From the NCBI GenBank assembly GCA_963743635.1, contig CAVUQO010000002.1, positions 448,001 through 512,000 on the forward strand: DNA of 64,000 nucleotides, read 5' to 3'. The position numbers and the translations under genes were made by a program. Positions 19,089-28,204 of the stretch are shown one piece after another. Under the pieces are notes generated by a model. That model was given only the letters and a program-made list of their open reading frames with translations. It made no database searches and had not been told where the DNA came from. The stretch's first letter is position 1. Each line of letters starts with the position of its first letter. The stretch comes from Candidatus Babeliales bacterium (GTDB lineage: Bacteria; Babelota; Babeliae; Babelales; Vermiphilaceae).

Positions 19089-19613
19089 TTATGCGATAGA
19101 GCACATGCTTACTGAGCCAGTGATCTGATGCAATTTAGTATGTGCAAAATAATCTTCTGGATTATGCACCATGCCTATTTTTTCCATCACATTGCGGGAT
19201 TTTTTATTCATCGGGACAGTAAAAGAAACTATCTCTTCAAGCGCAAGCATTTCAAAACCAAACTGCAATACTGCTCGTGCTGCTTCGGTAGCATACCCTT
19301 TGCCGTGATATCGGGAATGCAAGCGCCAGCCAATTTCAACACATGGTGTAAAATATGCTTCAAACGTCGGAGTAGAAAGACCAACAAAGCCGATACATTC
19401 ATCAGTTTCTTTGAGCGTACATGCAAAAAAACCAAAACCTTTCTCCTCAATATGTGACTGAAGACGTTTCATAAGTATTTCGCTTTCCTCTGATGTTAAT
19501 GTTTTCAGAAAAAATTCCATGACCCATGGATCTTGGTTCATGGCGATAAAAACAGGAAGATCTTTCTCTTCCCACTGCCGTAATCGTAATCGCTCAGTTT
19601 CTATGTATGTCAT
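19089..19613 (-). CDS. GNAT acetyltransferase, RimJ/RimL family (C-terminus probably frameshifted)
   Basis: ETERLRLR, CIGFVGL, VEIGWRL...GKGYATEAA, N.KSRNVMEKIGM; expected HVLYR lies in another frame. Confidence 0.9.
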   Translation of the reverse strand: MTYIETERLRLRQWEEKDLPVFIAMNQDPWVMEFFLKTLTSEESEILMKRLQSHIEEKGFGFFACTLKETDECIGFVGLSTPTFEAYFTPCVEIGWRLHSRYHGKGYATEAARAVLQFGFEMLALEEIVSFTVPMNKKSRNVMEKIGMVHNPEDYFAHTKLHQITGSVSMCSIA

Positions 19614-19627
19614 GATTTATCCTCATT

Positions 19628-20161
19628 CTATTCTTTAAAATTAGGGTTGAACCATGCCATAGGAATATCAGATTCAAACTTTCCTGACACGCCCTTAATT
19701 CGCTTTTTGAATTCGCCTTCTCGCACAAATCCAAGCCGCTCATAAAGTCCGATGGCACGATTTGATTCTCGTGCAATAATCTCAACCCGCATGATGTCCG
19801 GCCTATGTTCTTTTATTTCATTCAACAGCGCGGTAAAAATGGAGCTTCCAACGCCAATGCCTTGAAAATCCGGATCCACTAAAATAGTTCCATCACCCAA
19901 AATGTGCGTAAATACTTTTGCGCCAAGTGTGTGCACAACCACAGAGCCAATTAATGCGTCGTTATGCTCTGCAACAAATACCAATCCTTTCTCAAGGGGC
20001 GAGCTCATTATTTTATCAATATATGCGTCGGTAATTTCATTCGCCGTTCTTGCAAGGCCACCTGGAATAGATGCCACTCTCACATATAATTTCTTGAGAT
20101 TGTCCCGATCACTGGGTTTTATTTTTCGAACGACATAGTCAATAGTAGTTTTTTCTTTCAT
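19628..20161 (-). CDS. GNAT acetyltransferase (tandem paralog without signal peptide)
   Basis: VDPDFQGIGVG acetyl-CoA motif, N.AI.LYERLGF. Confidence 0.92.
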   Translation of the reverse strand: MKEKTTIDYVVRKIKPSDRDNLKKLYVRVASIPGGLARTANEITDAYIDKIMSSPLEKGLVFVAEHNDALIGSVVVHTLGAKVFTHILGDGTILVDPDFQGIGVGSSIFTALLNEIKEHRPDIMRVEIIARESNRAIGLYERLGFVREGEFKKRIKGVSGKFESDIPMAWFNPNFKE

Positions 20162-20222
20162 TTTTTCTTACCTCTTCACGGCATGTATGCTTAAGCTCAA
20201 ATATCCAAAAAGATGCAAAAAG

Positions 20223-20861
20223 CTATTCTTTAAAGTTAGGATTGAACCAAGCCATGGGAATATCAGATTCAAATTTTCCAGAAACCCCCTTAATTTTCTT
20301 TTTAAATTCACCTTCTCGCACAAACCCAAGCCTTTCATAAAGTTTAATAGCAGGATTTGATTCTCGTGCAACAATCTCAATCCGTAAAATATCAGGCCGG
20401 TGATCTTTTACCTCATTCAATAAGGCAGTAAAAATTGAGCCCCCAATACCCATTCCCTGGAACTCAGGATCCACCAAAATACTACCCTCACTCATAACAT
20501 GTGAAAATACTTTTGGTTCAGGTTTGTATTTTATTACAGAACCAATTAAGGCGCCATTGTATTCTGCAACAAACATCAAACCCTTTTCAAGAGCCGCATT
20601 GATTGTTTTATCAATATATGAATCAGTGATCTCATCCGCTGTTCGCGCCAGGCCGCCTGGAATAGATGCAACTTTTATATAAAGCGCTTTGAGATTATCC
20701 CTATCACTCGTTTTTCCCTTGCGAACAATATACTCGATCTTAGTTTTTTCAGTTTTCTTTTGTTTTTCAATATTTTCTTCCGGTTTACTTGCTGATTGTT
20801 GCATGGCATATGATTGAGTCATGCCCATCAATACAATCACTAGAAAGATCTTATTTTCCAT
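20223..20861 (-). CDS. GNAT acetyltransferase with N-terminal signal peptide (tandem paralog)
   Basis: VDPEFQGMGIG; identical C-terminus ESDIPMAWFNPNFKE; N-terminus MENKIFLVIVLMGMTQSYA. Confidence 0.92.
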   Translation of the reverse strand: MENKIFLVIVLMGMTQSYAMQQSASKPEENIEKQKKTEKTKIEYIVRKGKTSDRDNLKALYIKVASIPGGLARTADEITDSYIDKTINAALEKGLMFVAEYNGALIGSVIKYKPEPKVFSHVMSEGSILVDPEFQGMGIGGSIFTALLNEVKDHRPDILRIEIVARESNPAIKLYERLGFVREGEFKKKIKGVSGKFESDIPMAWFNPNFKE

Positions 20862-20885
20862 AGATATTCCCTTCCAATCTTGTCC

Positions 20886-21905
20886 TTAATTAATACTTAG
20901 TTTTTGCATTTTTTCTAATCGTGTAGGCTCTAATTTTATAAACCAATCATTTTGTGAAAGATCTTGGTATGCGAGCCCTGCAAACTGTTTTGCAAGTGCC
21001 AAATGAACTTCTGCCAATTCCTCATAAACCATGCCACGACCGACAGCGATTATCTCAGGCGGCAAAGTACCTTTTTTTGCTATTTCATCATACTCCGCAA
21101 GAACTGCTTGTTGAATAGTCAACGCCTCATCGAGTCGCCCCAGCGAACGGAGTGCACGCCCAATGCCCCATTTGGCGCCTCTGACAACAATTGCATCGCC
21201 TCGTTCTTGCCCATATTTTTTACATTCTTCGAATGCAGTAAGCGCTTTATCATACTGCTCATCTTGGATGTAAGCCTGCGCCAAATTATTATAAAGCGCG
21301 CCTAACCAAGCCTGCGCACGCGTGTTTTTTGATGCACGCGCTAACTCAATCGCCTTTTCATTCCATTTGATTTTGTCCTCAGGGCGTTTTTCAACAATCG
21401 CAATCATATGGGCAGCGTTGGCGGTATGAAAGTCAAAGCCATGCTGTGCGCTCAACTCATATGATTGCATGAAAAGCGGTAATGCTTTATCCACGTCGCC
21501 CGCTTGATGATATACACGTCCACGCTCAAGCAGTATTCTTACGCGTGCAAGATCGTATTCAGGGGTCAGCAATGCTTCTGCCGTATCCAATGTTTCATGC
21601 GCCTCAACGAATTTTTGCTGCATGGCTTGAACCAGCGCAATTTGAGATAGGATCTGCAAATATATTGATTTATCTTCTAAAGCTTGCGCTTGCGGAAGTA
21701 ACGCAGAGAGATTCTTCTCTATGTCTGGACCGCTGCCCGTAAAAAGTTCATCAAAATTCTCCAACGCACTGATCTTTTTTTCCTGATTGTTCTGATTCGT
21801 TTTAAAATATGACGATACACAATAACCTGCGATGATGCATGCTACAACAATGATGGCTAATTTATAATGCGATACTTTGTTGCGCTGAAGTTTGCGAGAT
21901 TTCAT
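20886..21905 (-). CDS. Tetratricopeptide-repeat protein with N-terminal membrane anchor
   Basis: TPR patterns (LERGRVY...A, LYNNLAQAY...YDKAL, IGRALRSLGRLDEAL). Confidence 0.85.
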   Translation of the reverse strand: MKSRKLQRNKVSHYKLAIIVVACIIAGYCVSSYFKTNQNNQEKKISALENFDELFTGSGPDIEKNLSALLPQAQALEDKSIYLQILSQIALVQAMQQKFVEAHETLDTAEALLTPEYDLARVRILLERGRVYHQAGDVDKALPLFMQSYELSAQHGFDFHTANAAHMIAIVEKRPEDKIKWNEKAIELARASKNTRAQAWLGALYNNLAQAYIQDEQYDKALTAFEECKKYGQERGDAIVVRGAKWGIGRALRSLGRLDEALTIQQAVLAEYDEIAKKGTLPPEIIAVGRGMVYEELAEVHLALAKQFAGLAYQDLSQNDWFIKLEPTRLEKMQKLSIN

Positions 21906-21924
21906 CGTTTTTCCTTTTTATAGA

Positions 21925-22659
21925 TTATATAGAATCGTATATCGCGTGACTGCTTTTCTTGTGATAAGCCCAGTAGCGATCGCCAAAGGACCAGTGCCAA
22001 TATTCGGTAGGATAATTTACAAATCCAACCGCTTCCAATACTTCGCACATAATTTTTCTATATGATTGCGCCTGCATTGAGATTTTATCTGAATGGGTAG
22101 CTGATAGTTCGCCGGTCGTATCAGACATCCAATCTTTCACACAAATGCCCATATCGACGATATTGCCTGCATCATCAATTAAATAAACATCAAAGGCGCC
22201 GCCTGTTGAATGGGGAGGAATATTGGTTGAGCCATCTTTATTGATAACAGGAGATACAAGCTTAGTAGTTTCTTCAAAACATTGCTCTTGGCTCAATTCT
22301 GGATGCAACGCTTGCAGCTTTTGATAGCGATCGTCGAACAGTTTTTTCTGCGTCGATAAACTTCTATAACTTTCATAGATGCAGAAAGATAATCCCTGCG
22401 GCAATAATGCTTGAGCCTCTTTCAATTTGGTGTACACGGCCAGACGCATCTTGGTGTAATCCTGATTATCAGGGATTTCGGGCGATGGACCATACGCGAT
22501 GATTGTCTGATCTTTTAAATCGATGAGTGGCTCATGATTTTCAATAATGGGCACTTGTAATACACGCGAATCTGCTATGAGAACTATGGGATTTGATGTA
22601 GCGTCTGGATGCATATTGTAGGTGTTTAGAAGAACGGTCATTATAAAAATCCTGTGCAT
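21925..22659 (-). CDS. ddpX: D-alanyl-D-alanine dipeptidase (VanX/DdpX, peptidase M15D)
   Basis: YESYRS..Q, PPHSTGGAFD, EYWHWSFGD Zn-binding motifs. Confidence 0.88.
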   Translation of the reverse strand: MHRIFIMTVLLNTYNMHPDATSNPIVLIADSRVLQVPIIENHEPLIDLKDQTIIAYGPSPEIPDNQDYTKMRLAVYTKLKEAQALLPQGLSFCIYESYRSLSTQKKLFDDRYQKLQALHPELSQEQCFEETTKLVSPVINKDGSTNIPPHSTGGAFDVYLIDDAGNIVDMGICVKDWMSDTTGELSATHSDKISMQAQSYRKIMCEVLEAVGFVNYPTEYWHWSFGDRYWAYHKKSSHAIYDSI

Positions 22660-22757
22660 GAATTCGAATCTCGTTTTTATAGTATAGGCACTGTAATAAT
22701 CATTAATATATCTCATTTTAACGCAGAATCGTAGAAAAACTCTAAGCTACAAAAAAA

Positions 22758-22790
22758 GAGAGCCTTTTTCAATCGAGGAAAAAGGCTCTC
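22758..22790. terminator. Rho-independent terminator
   Basis: GAGAGCCTTTTTC-N7-GAAAAAGGCTCTC. Confidence 0.8.
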
Positions 22791-22811
22791 AAAAAATTAT
22801 ATGATCTTGAA

Positions 22812-23372
22812 TTACAAAGATTTGTTCGTATTAATCTGCACTTCTATTGGTTTAGTTTCTTTAGATTTAAGGAACCATTCAAGAACACTGTCTTTAAGTG
22901 CTGGATTTTCTAACGATTTTTGTGGGAACGTTGGTTGCGATACATGACGTTGAAGCATGCGCGCTGCTTTTTGAGCATGAGATAAGGATCTTACTCCTAA
23001 CGCACCAGTGGCAACCGCAATACCTGCGGACATAGCAGCAGGCGCAATCAAATCCTCTGTTTTGCCACCACCTGAAATGGTCATCCCCCATTCTAGTCCG
23101 AGGGCCATCGTAGAGGCCATTGCGAATAGAGCGCCGCTGGCCAAACCTGCAAGGCCTAAAACTCGGTTGCCAATTTTGAGATAACGCAGTTTTTTTAAGG
23201 TGCCTTCAGGATGAGCTTCATAACGCGCCGTGTGGCGTCCGTGAGTGTCTTCATAATTATGCGTAACCTCAGCAACTGCTGGGCTGGTAAGGGGGCTGGC
23301 ATGTAGCAATTCTGCTGGCAATGCGCCGAAAGCCAGAATGAATGCAATTGTTTTGATGATATTTTTGTTCAT
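22812..23372 (-). CDS. Hypothetical secreted/membrane protein with hydrophobic hairpin
   Basis: Signal peptide MNKNIIKTIAFILAFG...; two Gly/Ala-rich hydrophobic helices. Confidence 0.65.
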   Translation of the reverse strand: MNKNIIKTIAFILAFGALPAELLHASPLTSPAVAEVTHNYEDTHGRHTARYEAHPEGTLKKLRYLKIGNRVLGLAGLASGALFAMASTMALGLEWGMTISGGGKTEDLIAPAAMSAGIAVATGALGVRSLSHAQKAARMLQRHVSQPTFPQKSLENPALKDSVLEWFLKSKETKPIEVQINTNKSL

Positions 23373-23521
23373 ACATTGGTCCCTGAGTGTATTTTTGATA
23401 TGTTTTTTCATTGGTTTAATAGTATCATAGAGCCTTATTTTTACAATGGAGACCTATAGATTTGGTACGAAAAATACCATTCATGATATAATGGCATGCA
23501 AGAGGTGGTAAAGGCTTCCCT

Positions 23522-23553
23522 ATGCCAGTACCCACGGTACGCAATCTCACCAA
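23522..23553 (+). repeat. Duplicated 5' end of the ABC ATPase gene (direct repeat of 25479-25510)
   Basis: ATGCCAGTACCCACGGTACGCAATCTCACCAA vs ATGTCAGTACTCAAAGTACGCAATCTCACCAA, 28/32. Confidence 0.8.
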
Positions 23554-23688
23554 GATATGGGGGGTAAGGAGTTTTTGGAGTAACTTTGATAATCATGCAA
23601 AACTTGTATTATACCTGAAAATTGGCTATTATTTCTGACGGATTAGTAAAGCGATTAATAATTTGTCAGAAAATTAAGGGGTTAATAA

Positions 23689-24876
23689 ATGCTCATAAAA
23701 AGAAATTTATCGAAGAAAGTTCTTGAAGCGGCATTCGAGTATCCGGTTGTTGCAATAATGGGTCCTCGCCAATCAGGGAAAACTACGTTAGCGCAACTTT
23801 CATTTCCCAAACATCGTTATATTTCTTTAGAAGATCATGATATTCGCGCAATAGTCCAAGAAGATCCACGGAGATTTTTGACCGATTATCCCACCAAAGC
23901 AGGCATAATCTTAGATGAGATTCAACATGCGCCGCACCTTCTTTCTTATATACAAACCATTGTTGATCGCGAAAAAAAGATGGGGTATTTCATTATTACT
24001 GGATCACAAAATTTCTTGGTAGATGAATCGATAACGCAAACATTGGCTGGCCGTATGGCTGTTTTGACCCTCTTGCCGCTCTCTTTGTATGAGCTTGAGA
24101 AAGCAGATCTCTTGCCAGAAAAAATGGAAACTATGATCTATAAAGGTTCATATCCAAGAGCTCATGCAGAAAAGATATCCATCGATCGCTTATATAAAAA
24201 CTATATAAGGCTGTATATAGAGCGGGATGTTCGGATGATTAAAAATGTTTCTAATTTAAACACATTCGGCAAGTTTATGCGTCTTTGCGCAAATCATATT
24301 GGCCGCGAAGTAAATCTATCAGCATTGGGCGGAGAATGTGGCATTGATTATAATACGGCCAAGGCATGGATCTCAGTTCTTGAAGCAAGCTATGTTATAG
24401 TTTTACTTCAGCCCTATTATAAAAATTTTGGCAAACGACTCATTAAATCGCCAAAGCTCTATTTTATTGACACCGGCATTGCCTGCAATTTACTTAAAAT
24501 TCGCTCTGCTCAAGAACTTACTGATCATTATCTGCGTGGTGAGCTTTTTGAGTGTTTAATGATATCCGACCTTTTAAAACAGCAATACAACTTAGAACAA
24601 GAGCCAAGCTTGTATTTTTGGCGCGATCAGGGACAGCATGAAATTGATTGCATTATTGATACATCCAACTATCAAATCGCTCTGGAAATCAAAGCAAGTA
24701 AAACGGTGTCAAAGTCATTTTTTGAACAACTTGAATACTGGAAAGACATTACTCAACAAACAGAGGCGCCACGGTATTTACTCTATGGAGGCTCAGAGAA
24801 TCATTCATGGAACGAGATAAAAGTTATCAGCTGGAAATCAACAGGGAATTTAATAAAAAAATTAACGCAGCATTAA
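23689..24876 (+). CDS. AAA_14 ATPase with C-terminal DUF4143 domain
   Basis: GPRQSGKTT, ILDEIQ, ITGSQ, LAGR, KSPKLYFIDTG, YFWRD...EID...EIK. Confidence 0.92.
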   Translation: MLIKRNLSKKVLEAAFEYPVVAIMGPRQSGKTTLAQLSFPKHRYISLEDHDIRAIVQEDPRRFLTDYPTKAGIILDEIQHAPHLLSYIQTIVDREKKMGYFIITGSQNFLVDESITQTLAGRMAVLTLLPLSLYELEKADLLPEKMETMIYKGSYPRAHAEKISIDRLYKNYIRLYIERDVRMIKNVSNLNTFGKFMRLCANHIGREVNLSALGGECGIDYNTAKAWISVLEASYVIVLLQPYYKNFGKRLIKSPKLYFIDTGIACNLLKIRSAQELTDHYLRGELFECLMISDLLKQQYNLEQEPSLYFWRDQGQHEIDCIIDTSNYQIALEIKASKTVSKSFFEQLEYWKDITQQTEAPRYLLYGGSENHSWNEIKVISWKSTGNLIKKLTQH

Positions 24877-24921
24877 AACATAATTGCGCAATCTTAACAA
24901 CTACGTAATAAGGCATAATGT

Positions 24922-25473
24922 ATGAATGAAATAATTACTTCACGACTTAGGTTAAGCTTGGCTCATGAAATCAATTATCTAAGGCTGAAAGAATTTGAGC
25001 AACGCAATGTTGATCATTTAGCTCCCTGGGAAACAATCGTTAAAGATGTTTCTGATGACGTATACAAAAATCGATTAAGTCTTTGGGAAAAAGAATTTGA
25101 GGAAGGTCGCGCTGTTCGATTTTTTTTATTTTTGAATGATGATTCAAGTGAGCAGCTGATTGGTATGTGTAATTTTAGCAATATCATACGTGGCCCTTTC
25201 CAAGCTTGTTACTTAGGTTATAAAATTGACTACGCATACGAAGGCAAGGGATTGATGACTGAAGCGCTCAAAGCGGCAGTTGACCATATGTTTGGAGAAT
25301 GCAATCTCCATCGCATTATGGCAAATTATATGCCAACAAACATAAAGAGCGGTCAGCTTTTAGCGCGCCTCGGCTTCACGGTAGAAGGCGAAGCAAAACA
25401 ATATTTGTTTATTAACGGCAAATGGGAAGATCATATAATGACGTCCTTAATCAATAAAAATTGGAAGGCGTAG
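24922..25473 (+). CDS. RimJ-like GNAT acetyltransferase
   Basis: CYLGYKID...GKGLMTEAL...LHRIMANYMPTN..S..LL.RLGF..EG..K.YL.ING.WEDH. Confidence 0.9.
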   Translation: MNEIITSRLRLSLAHEINYLRLKEFEQRNVDHLAPWETIVKDVSDDVYKNRLSLWEKEFEEGRAVRFFLFLNDDSSEQLIGMCNFSNIIRGPFQACYLGYKIDYAYEGKGLMTEALKAAVDHMFGECNLHRIMANYMPTNIKSGQLLARLGFTVEGEAKQYLFINGKWEDHIMTSLINKNWKA

Positions 25474-25478
25474 ACCTT

Positions 25479-26417
25479 ATGTCAGTACTCAAAGTACGCA
25501 ATCTCACCAAAACATTCAGCTCCGGCTTTTGGCCATTTAAGAAAACGCAAACCTACACCGCCGTGAATGATATTTCTTTTGAATTGAACAAAGGCGAAAT
25601 TCTTGGTTTTCTCGGGCCGAATGGCGCGGGTAAAACGACCACCATTCAAATGCTGCTGGGCACCCTCACATCAAGCAGTGGAACAATCAGTTATTTTGGC
25701 GATGACTTTGCGCAGCATCGCATTGCAGCACTCACAAAAATTGGGTACGCAAGCGGGTATGATAAACTGCCGGCTCGCTTACTGTAATTGAAAATCTTGA
25801 TATTGTCGGGCGCATTTATGGCATTCCTCAACCGCAGCGTGCTCAAAAGATTGAAAAGCTATTACGATTTTTTGGCATTTGGGATAAGCGTGATCGCATC
25901 AACCGGATCGCTTTCCGCTGGGCAAGCAACGCGCGTCATGCTCGCTAAAGCATTCATTGCCGATCCTGAAATCGTATTGCTCGATGAACCAACTGCTTCA
26001 CTTGATCCGGACGTTGCGCACGAAGTGCGTCAGTTTATTCTGGCGCAACGCAAGGAACGCGGTATCTCCATTCTCATCACCTCGCACAATATGGATGAAG
26101 TAACGGAACTCTGCGATCGCGTATTGGTACTTAAAAAGGGCGCCATTATTGCCGACGATGCACCAGAATCACTGGCCCGTTCAATTTCAAAGGTACGCGT
26201 TCATCTGACGATCTCAGACGAACTTGATCGCGTTATCGCCTATCTGCGTGATGCGCAGGTAACGCATACTGCACATGCAACGCAACTCACCATCGAACTT
26301 GATGAACATGCCATCGCACAGTTTCTAATGCAGTTAGCTGAGCGAAAGATTACCTACTCACATATTTCAATTGATAAGCCGACGCTTGAGGATTATTTCT
26401 TAACCATCGCAAAATGA
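25479..26417 (+). CDS. ABC transporter ATP-binding protein (frameshifted near 25780-25900; possible sequencing error)
   Basis: Walker [10 protein letters not shown] in 25461-25787; signature LSAGQ, LLDEPT and SH in 25788-26417. Confidence 0.85.
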
Positions 26418-26465
26418 TCCGCCGCCGCCGAGGCTACGGCGTGATAATAGAAAGGAATTAATTAT

Positions 26466-27254
26466 ATGATTTCATTTTCACCAATCTGGGCAATTGTAGT
26501 GCGCCATGCGCGTACCTGGCGCAGAGACCCTAACTTCTTGTTGGGCGGATTCTATTGGCCCGTACTTGATATATTGATCTGGGGATTTTTAGGATCGTGG
26601 ATCCAACAAACGGCCCATTTTCAAAATTATGAAATCGTTGCATTGCTCGGCGTATTATTGTGGCAAATAGTGGGCAGAGGCTGCAATGTCATGGCCATTG
26701 TACTCTGTGAAGAACTGTGGGCAAATAACGTAGTGAACCTCTTTTCTCTCCCACTGCGCACCATTGAATGGATGTGTGGCGCAGTACTTTTCTACGGAAT
26801 CATGATCTCAATGACTTCCCTGGTGTGCATGTCCTTTGTAGCATTATTGTATGACGTATCGATGTGGTACTTGCTTTCAACGTTTCTCATTTTTATGCCA
26901 CCACTCTTTATTTCGGGTGTTTGGCTTGGATTTACCTGTTTGCAGATCATCGTTACGCTCGGCAAAAGAGGTACGGAACTTGGCTTTGTGATTGCATGGT
27001 TCTTAATGCCATTTAGTGGCGCATACTATCCGATTGACGTATTGCCGCGCTGGGGACAAATGATCAGTGCATGGTTGCCGATGAGTTACGCCTTTCAAGG
27101 CATGCGCGGATACGTGATGCATCAGCAAGATCCAACTTGTTATCTGTTGAAAGCATATGCACTGGGCATACCGTATGCGATTATCGCAATCCTCTTATTT
27201 GTCTATTGCTTTAACCGCAGTAAGGAACGTGGCCTCGCCCGCTTGGCGGATTAA
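26466..27254 (+). CDS. ABC-2 type exporter permease
   Basis: About six hydrophobic segments; FSGAYYPIDVLP.W.Q.IS..LP.SYAF.G.R. Confidence 0.9.
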   Translation: MISFSPIWAIVVRHARTWRRDPNFLLGGFYWPVLDILIWGFLGSWIQQTAHFQNYEIVALLGVLLWQIVGRGCNVMAIVLCEELWANNVVNLFSLPLRTIEWMCGAVLFYGIMISMTSLVCMSFVALLYDVSMWYLLSTFLIFMPPLFISGVWLGFTCLQIIVTLGKRGTELGFVIAWFLMPFSGAYYPIDVLPRWGQMISAWLPMSYAFQGMRGYVMHQQDPTCYLLKAYALGIPYAIIAILLFVYCFNRSKERGLARLAD

Positions 27255-27356
27255 CCGGCATTTGGCTCTTGGCAGCACTTTATGTTGGCAAGAAGAACGC
27301 ATAGCTAATTGCTGATAACGAAATCATTGAGGAACGCTCTCAATATCTAAATAAAT

Positions 27357-27389
27357 GCGCCCAGAAAGCTTCATAGTTTTCTGGGCGTT
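27357..27389. terminator. Hairpin between convergent genes
   Basis: GCGCCCAGAAAGCT...AGTTTTCTGGGCGT. Confidence 0.65.
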
Positions 27390-27432
27390 ACTTTATGTTG
27401 ATCGGAGCTTCATCATCGTTGATGTCGAGTGC

Positions 27433-28203
27433 CTATGATGAGGAATCTTCCGCATAGCGATCTTTTAGATACTGACTCCAATAGGCAGGGTAATGGCAGC
27501 TGATCCATGAATCAACAGCACAGCGATCTTCAGGCGATATTTTTTTTGAATGATAGAGCACGTCATTTATGGTTGGTCGTGAGTCTTTATATAACGAGCT
27601 CGAGGCGGCTTGATGCTGTTCATAATCGCGCATGAAAAGATCTAAGCGATCGCATGGTTCTTGAAGAAAATCAAGTATGTTTGCAAGTGTTTGCCGCGGG
27701 TTTAATAACAAATCTTCGTAGTAGACTAATAATCTCTTCTGGTGATTCCAAGTTTCATAGATCTCAAAATTTTCAAAATACACCTCAATAGGGTATCCCT
27801 TGCCAGCAAGTTTGGACATGCGGCGCGATAGGCCCTTAAGACCCTGACGAGCAAAGGTCTCTTTTGGATTGCGCAGGATAAAGATTAATTTGTCAGTATC
27901 GGTAACACTGCCCACTATCTCGCGATGGCAGTGAATTTTCTCGATCGGTGTTTTGAGCAGATCAAGTTTGAATTCTGTTGTGAATCCTAATGGCTGCTGA
28001 GTGAAATATGATAATCCCATACGGCTGAGTGAAGGGCGCTGCGTTAAAAATTCTAAGCAATAGCGGAGCCAGGTATTGCCCGAGCGGGGATAGGATAAGA
28101 GCAATACGCGCTCGCCTGGTCGGTCAAGATTCTTAACTACCTGATCAAGCTCGGGCGTAAATCCACCGATACAAGATATGCTGATCAGAAAAGCAAATAC
28201 CAT
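27433..28203 (-). CDS. PAPS-dependent sulfotransferase
   Basis: 5'-PSB loop SYPRSGNTW, RNPKE 3'-PB motif, LLVYYEDL; start MVFAFLIS directly after the upstream stop. Confidence 0.85.
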   Translation of the reverse strand: MVFAFLISISCIGGFTPELDQVVKNLDRPGERVLLLSYPRSGNTWLRYCLEFLTQRPSLSRMGLSYFTQQPLGFTTEFKLDLLKTPIEKIHCHREIVGSVTDTDKLIFILRNPKETFARQGLKGLSRRMSKLAGKGYPIEVYFENFEIYETWNHQKRLLVYYEDLLLNPRQTLANILDFLQEPCDRLDLFMRDYEQHQAASSSLYKDSRPTINDVLYHSKKISPEDRCAVDSWISCHYPAYWSQYLKDRYAEDSSS

Positions 28204-28204
28204 G

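Noticed and set aside
21925..22659. Vancomycin-resistance cluster
   Set aside because: A lone VanX/DdpX-type dipeptidase without vanA/vanH/vanRS
23689..24876. Named anti-phage defence system
   Set aside because: AAA_14-DUF4143 proteins are widespread and no partner defence gene is adjacent
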